A stretch of DNA of 64,000 nt, taken from positions 62,001 to 126,000 of the forward strand of contig JAMDHS010000051.1 of the NCBI GenBank assembly GCA_029717555.1. Reading direction: 5' to 3'. Shown one piece after another: positions 62,024 to 64,000 of this stretch. A program made the translations under genes and the position numbers. The notes below the pieces were generated by a model. It ran no database searches. It was given only the letters and a program-made list of their open reading frames with translations, and had not been told where the DNA came from. Position 1 is the stretch's first letter. Every line of letters begins with the position of its first letter. The stretch is from Peribolospora baueri (lineage: Eukaryota).

Positions 62024-64000
62024 TCAAGCCGAGCCGAGGAAGTGTCTGAGACCGTACAAAAGCACCCTGCCTCGCTGATTACCGATGGCCACGTACTCGC
62101 TCTCTCGCGAAAAATCGAGCGATGTTACGTGGCCGAGAGGAGTACCAGAGGTAGGCCAGTTTGAAAAGATTGTGAGCGAGGGTAGGTGAACCTGAACGAT
62201 GGTAACGTCCCAAAGAAGATCAGCCGATGTCAGATAGCTGATAGACGCGACAAACCGAACACCGCTACGCCTCGACTTTGCTCACCATCCTCAACGCGTC
62301 CTTCTTCGCCCTGCTGGCGATGGCGAGCACCTGTGAGTCATGGTTGAAGCGCATGGTGGAGATGGACGTGCTCAAGTTGTCGATCGCTCGGTTCGGCTTG
62401 CGCAGAGGAGCATCGCCCGCAGAGGCGGTTGCAGGTGCCGTGAACGGGGAGGCGACGGAATCGAACATGTTAACGATGCCCATCGTCGATCTTTCCATCA
62501 AAAGAAGAGAAAACGTGGACCAGCGATAAGAATCAGTCAGAAAAAGCTCCAAACAATTGCGCCTTTCCATTCCGTCAACTCACCCTATAGCAGTATACCG
62601 CCCACTGGGGTCCACCTCCAAGCGCGTCGGCCCGAACCCTCCATCATCCCTCCACCTACTGACACATCTCCTCGAGCCGACGTCCCACACATACACCTCG
62701 CTATCCTTGCTGAGCGTAACGAGTTCTCTTCCGCCGTTCGCAAACGCAAAGTCCTCGACATGCGAGTTCATTTTAATGCTCCCTACCATCTGAGCGCCCG
62801 CTCCCGAGCTCGAGGTTGAGCCCCAGTCCATGAGGTGGACGTAGCCGCGTCGAGAAGCAAGAGCAACTAGCGAACCATCTGGGCTGAATCTGACCTTGCT
62901 CAGATCCCTCTCCTCGTCCCCACCGCCTCCTCCTCCTCCGCTTCGCCCAATATGCCTCCCAGCATGGGCGGTACCCCACAGTCCTCGGGAGGAACGAGCG
63001 ATACGACCGGATTGGAGGTCGTACGTATAGAAAAAGGGGCGTTGACCTGTGAGAAGAATAGAGTTGCCGGAAGGGTGAAAGCGTGCGCTATGGATTGGCA
63101 GGTCGGGTATAAGGATGGAGGAGAGGAGAGGGTTCCTGTTTCCGTCGATCTGTAAGAGGGGAGAGAGAAGGGAGACGCCGGAGAGAGACAGGATTGGTTC
63201 GGAACGAAGCAGGCTGCATCTGGAGACATAGAAAGCAACGCACATGAAATAACCGCAGGTGCTTATCCATCCCAGCCGTCAAGAGCACTTGTACTTGAGG
63301 ATGGAACTCCACCGAGGTGATAGCCGACTGTTTAACAGTAGCAAACGGCGACATTGACAATTCATTTGGGACATGGCATCAGCACCGAAGAAATGAGCCA
63401 CCGATTCGTGGCAGTTGAGAAATGGAGAAAAGCAAAGGGGGACACTCACATCGCTAACAGCAGCCTGGTTCGCGTTTCTCAGCCTCTCTACCTCTAGAAC
63501 GCCTTTCGCCAACCGACCGCCCCGCCGTCGACCCGCTCCTTCCCCATCGCGGATGATACCACCCGTTTCACGCATTAGCTGAGCCATATCTTCGTCCCCA
63601 GCCGCCACTCGACCGTCCTCGTCCACCTCTTCTTCCTCATCCTCGTCGGAAACGAAGCTACTGGCCGGACGCTTGTCTTTACGACGCTTCGTTGCCCACG
63701 CGGGAGCTGGGTTAATCTTTTGGAACCTGAACGGGGCAAGGACGAGACGTCAGAACAAAGGAGAAACTTATTGTCACCCCCAGCGTGCACAAACGACGCA
63801 TTTCCGGAGGAACAAGAATGAGGACGATGAAGACAACACTCACTGTTTCCTCAACCTCAGCTCATACTCTCTCCCCCCCACGTCTTTCTCATCAGCCGAC
63901 TCCCTCAACTTCCTAAGTCTCGATGCGCCTTTCCCAGCTTCACTCTTCCGACCAGTCAAGGAGATCGTGAGCCGCTCGTCGTCCGGGTCGTCCCAGGCCG
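62024..64000 (-). CDS. UTP18: U3 snoRNP WD40 protein Utp18; 5' part extends beyond the window
   Basis: ERLRNANQ, VEFHPQVQVLLTAG.DK.LRLF, RPFFYTYDLQSG, ASRAKKDALRM and FSNWPTSGTPLG. Confidence 0.92.

Overview
GC-rich, intron-dense fungal genomic DNA. The gene structures and protein sequences look basidiomycete (yeast-like); this is an inference. Two stretches are ordinary housekeeping genes. 0.2-7.5 kb: PUT1, MRPL27, SEC20 and a short-form RNase Z. 21.5-64 kb: glucosylceramide synthase, POP1, a SUZ-domain gene, TOM20, an HxxxD acyltransferase, a DUF6533-like membrane protein, KRE6/SKN1, WDR70, a POS5-like NAD(H) kinase, VCX1, ADAL, SPO22/ZIP4 and a partial UTP18. Between them is a ~14 kb accessory island (7.5-21.4 kb). 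It holds a three-copy, partly fold-back relic of an unknown intron-containing gene, a RING-finger fragment, a zinc-finger relic, tandem intron-containing tRNA-Trp genes and Ty3/gypsy debris. The main signal is a ~5.7 kb block (12.3-18.0 kb) that reads as Aspergillus/Eurotiomycete-type DNA. It carries a 3'-truncated, apparently decaying pkcA/PKC1 and intact-looking MFS, eIF1AD and ALG3 genes. This is a candidate ascomycete-to-basidiomycete horizontal transfer; a chimeric assembly is the alternative. Other points: at least three GC-AG introns in meiotic ZIP4, antisense overlap of the TOM20 and SUZ coding ends, and a phased palindrome array upstream of KRE6. Exon boundaries were read by eye and are approximate; no database searches were run.
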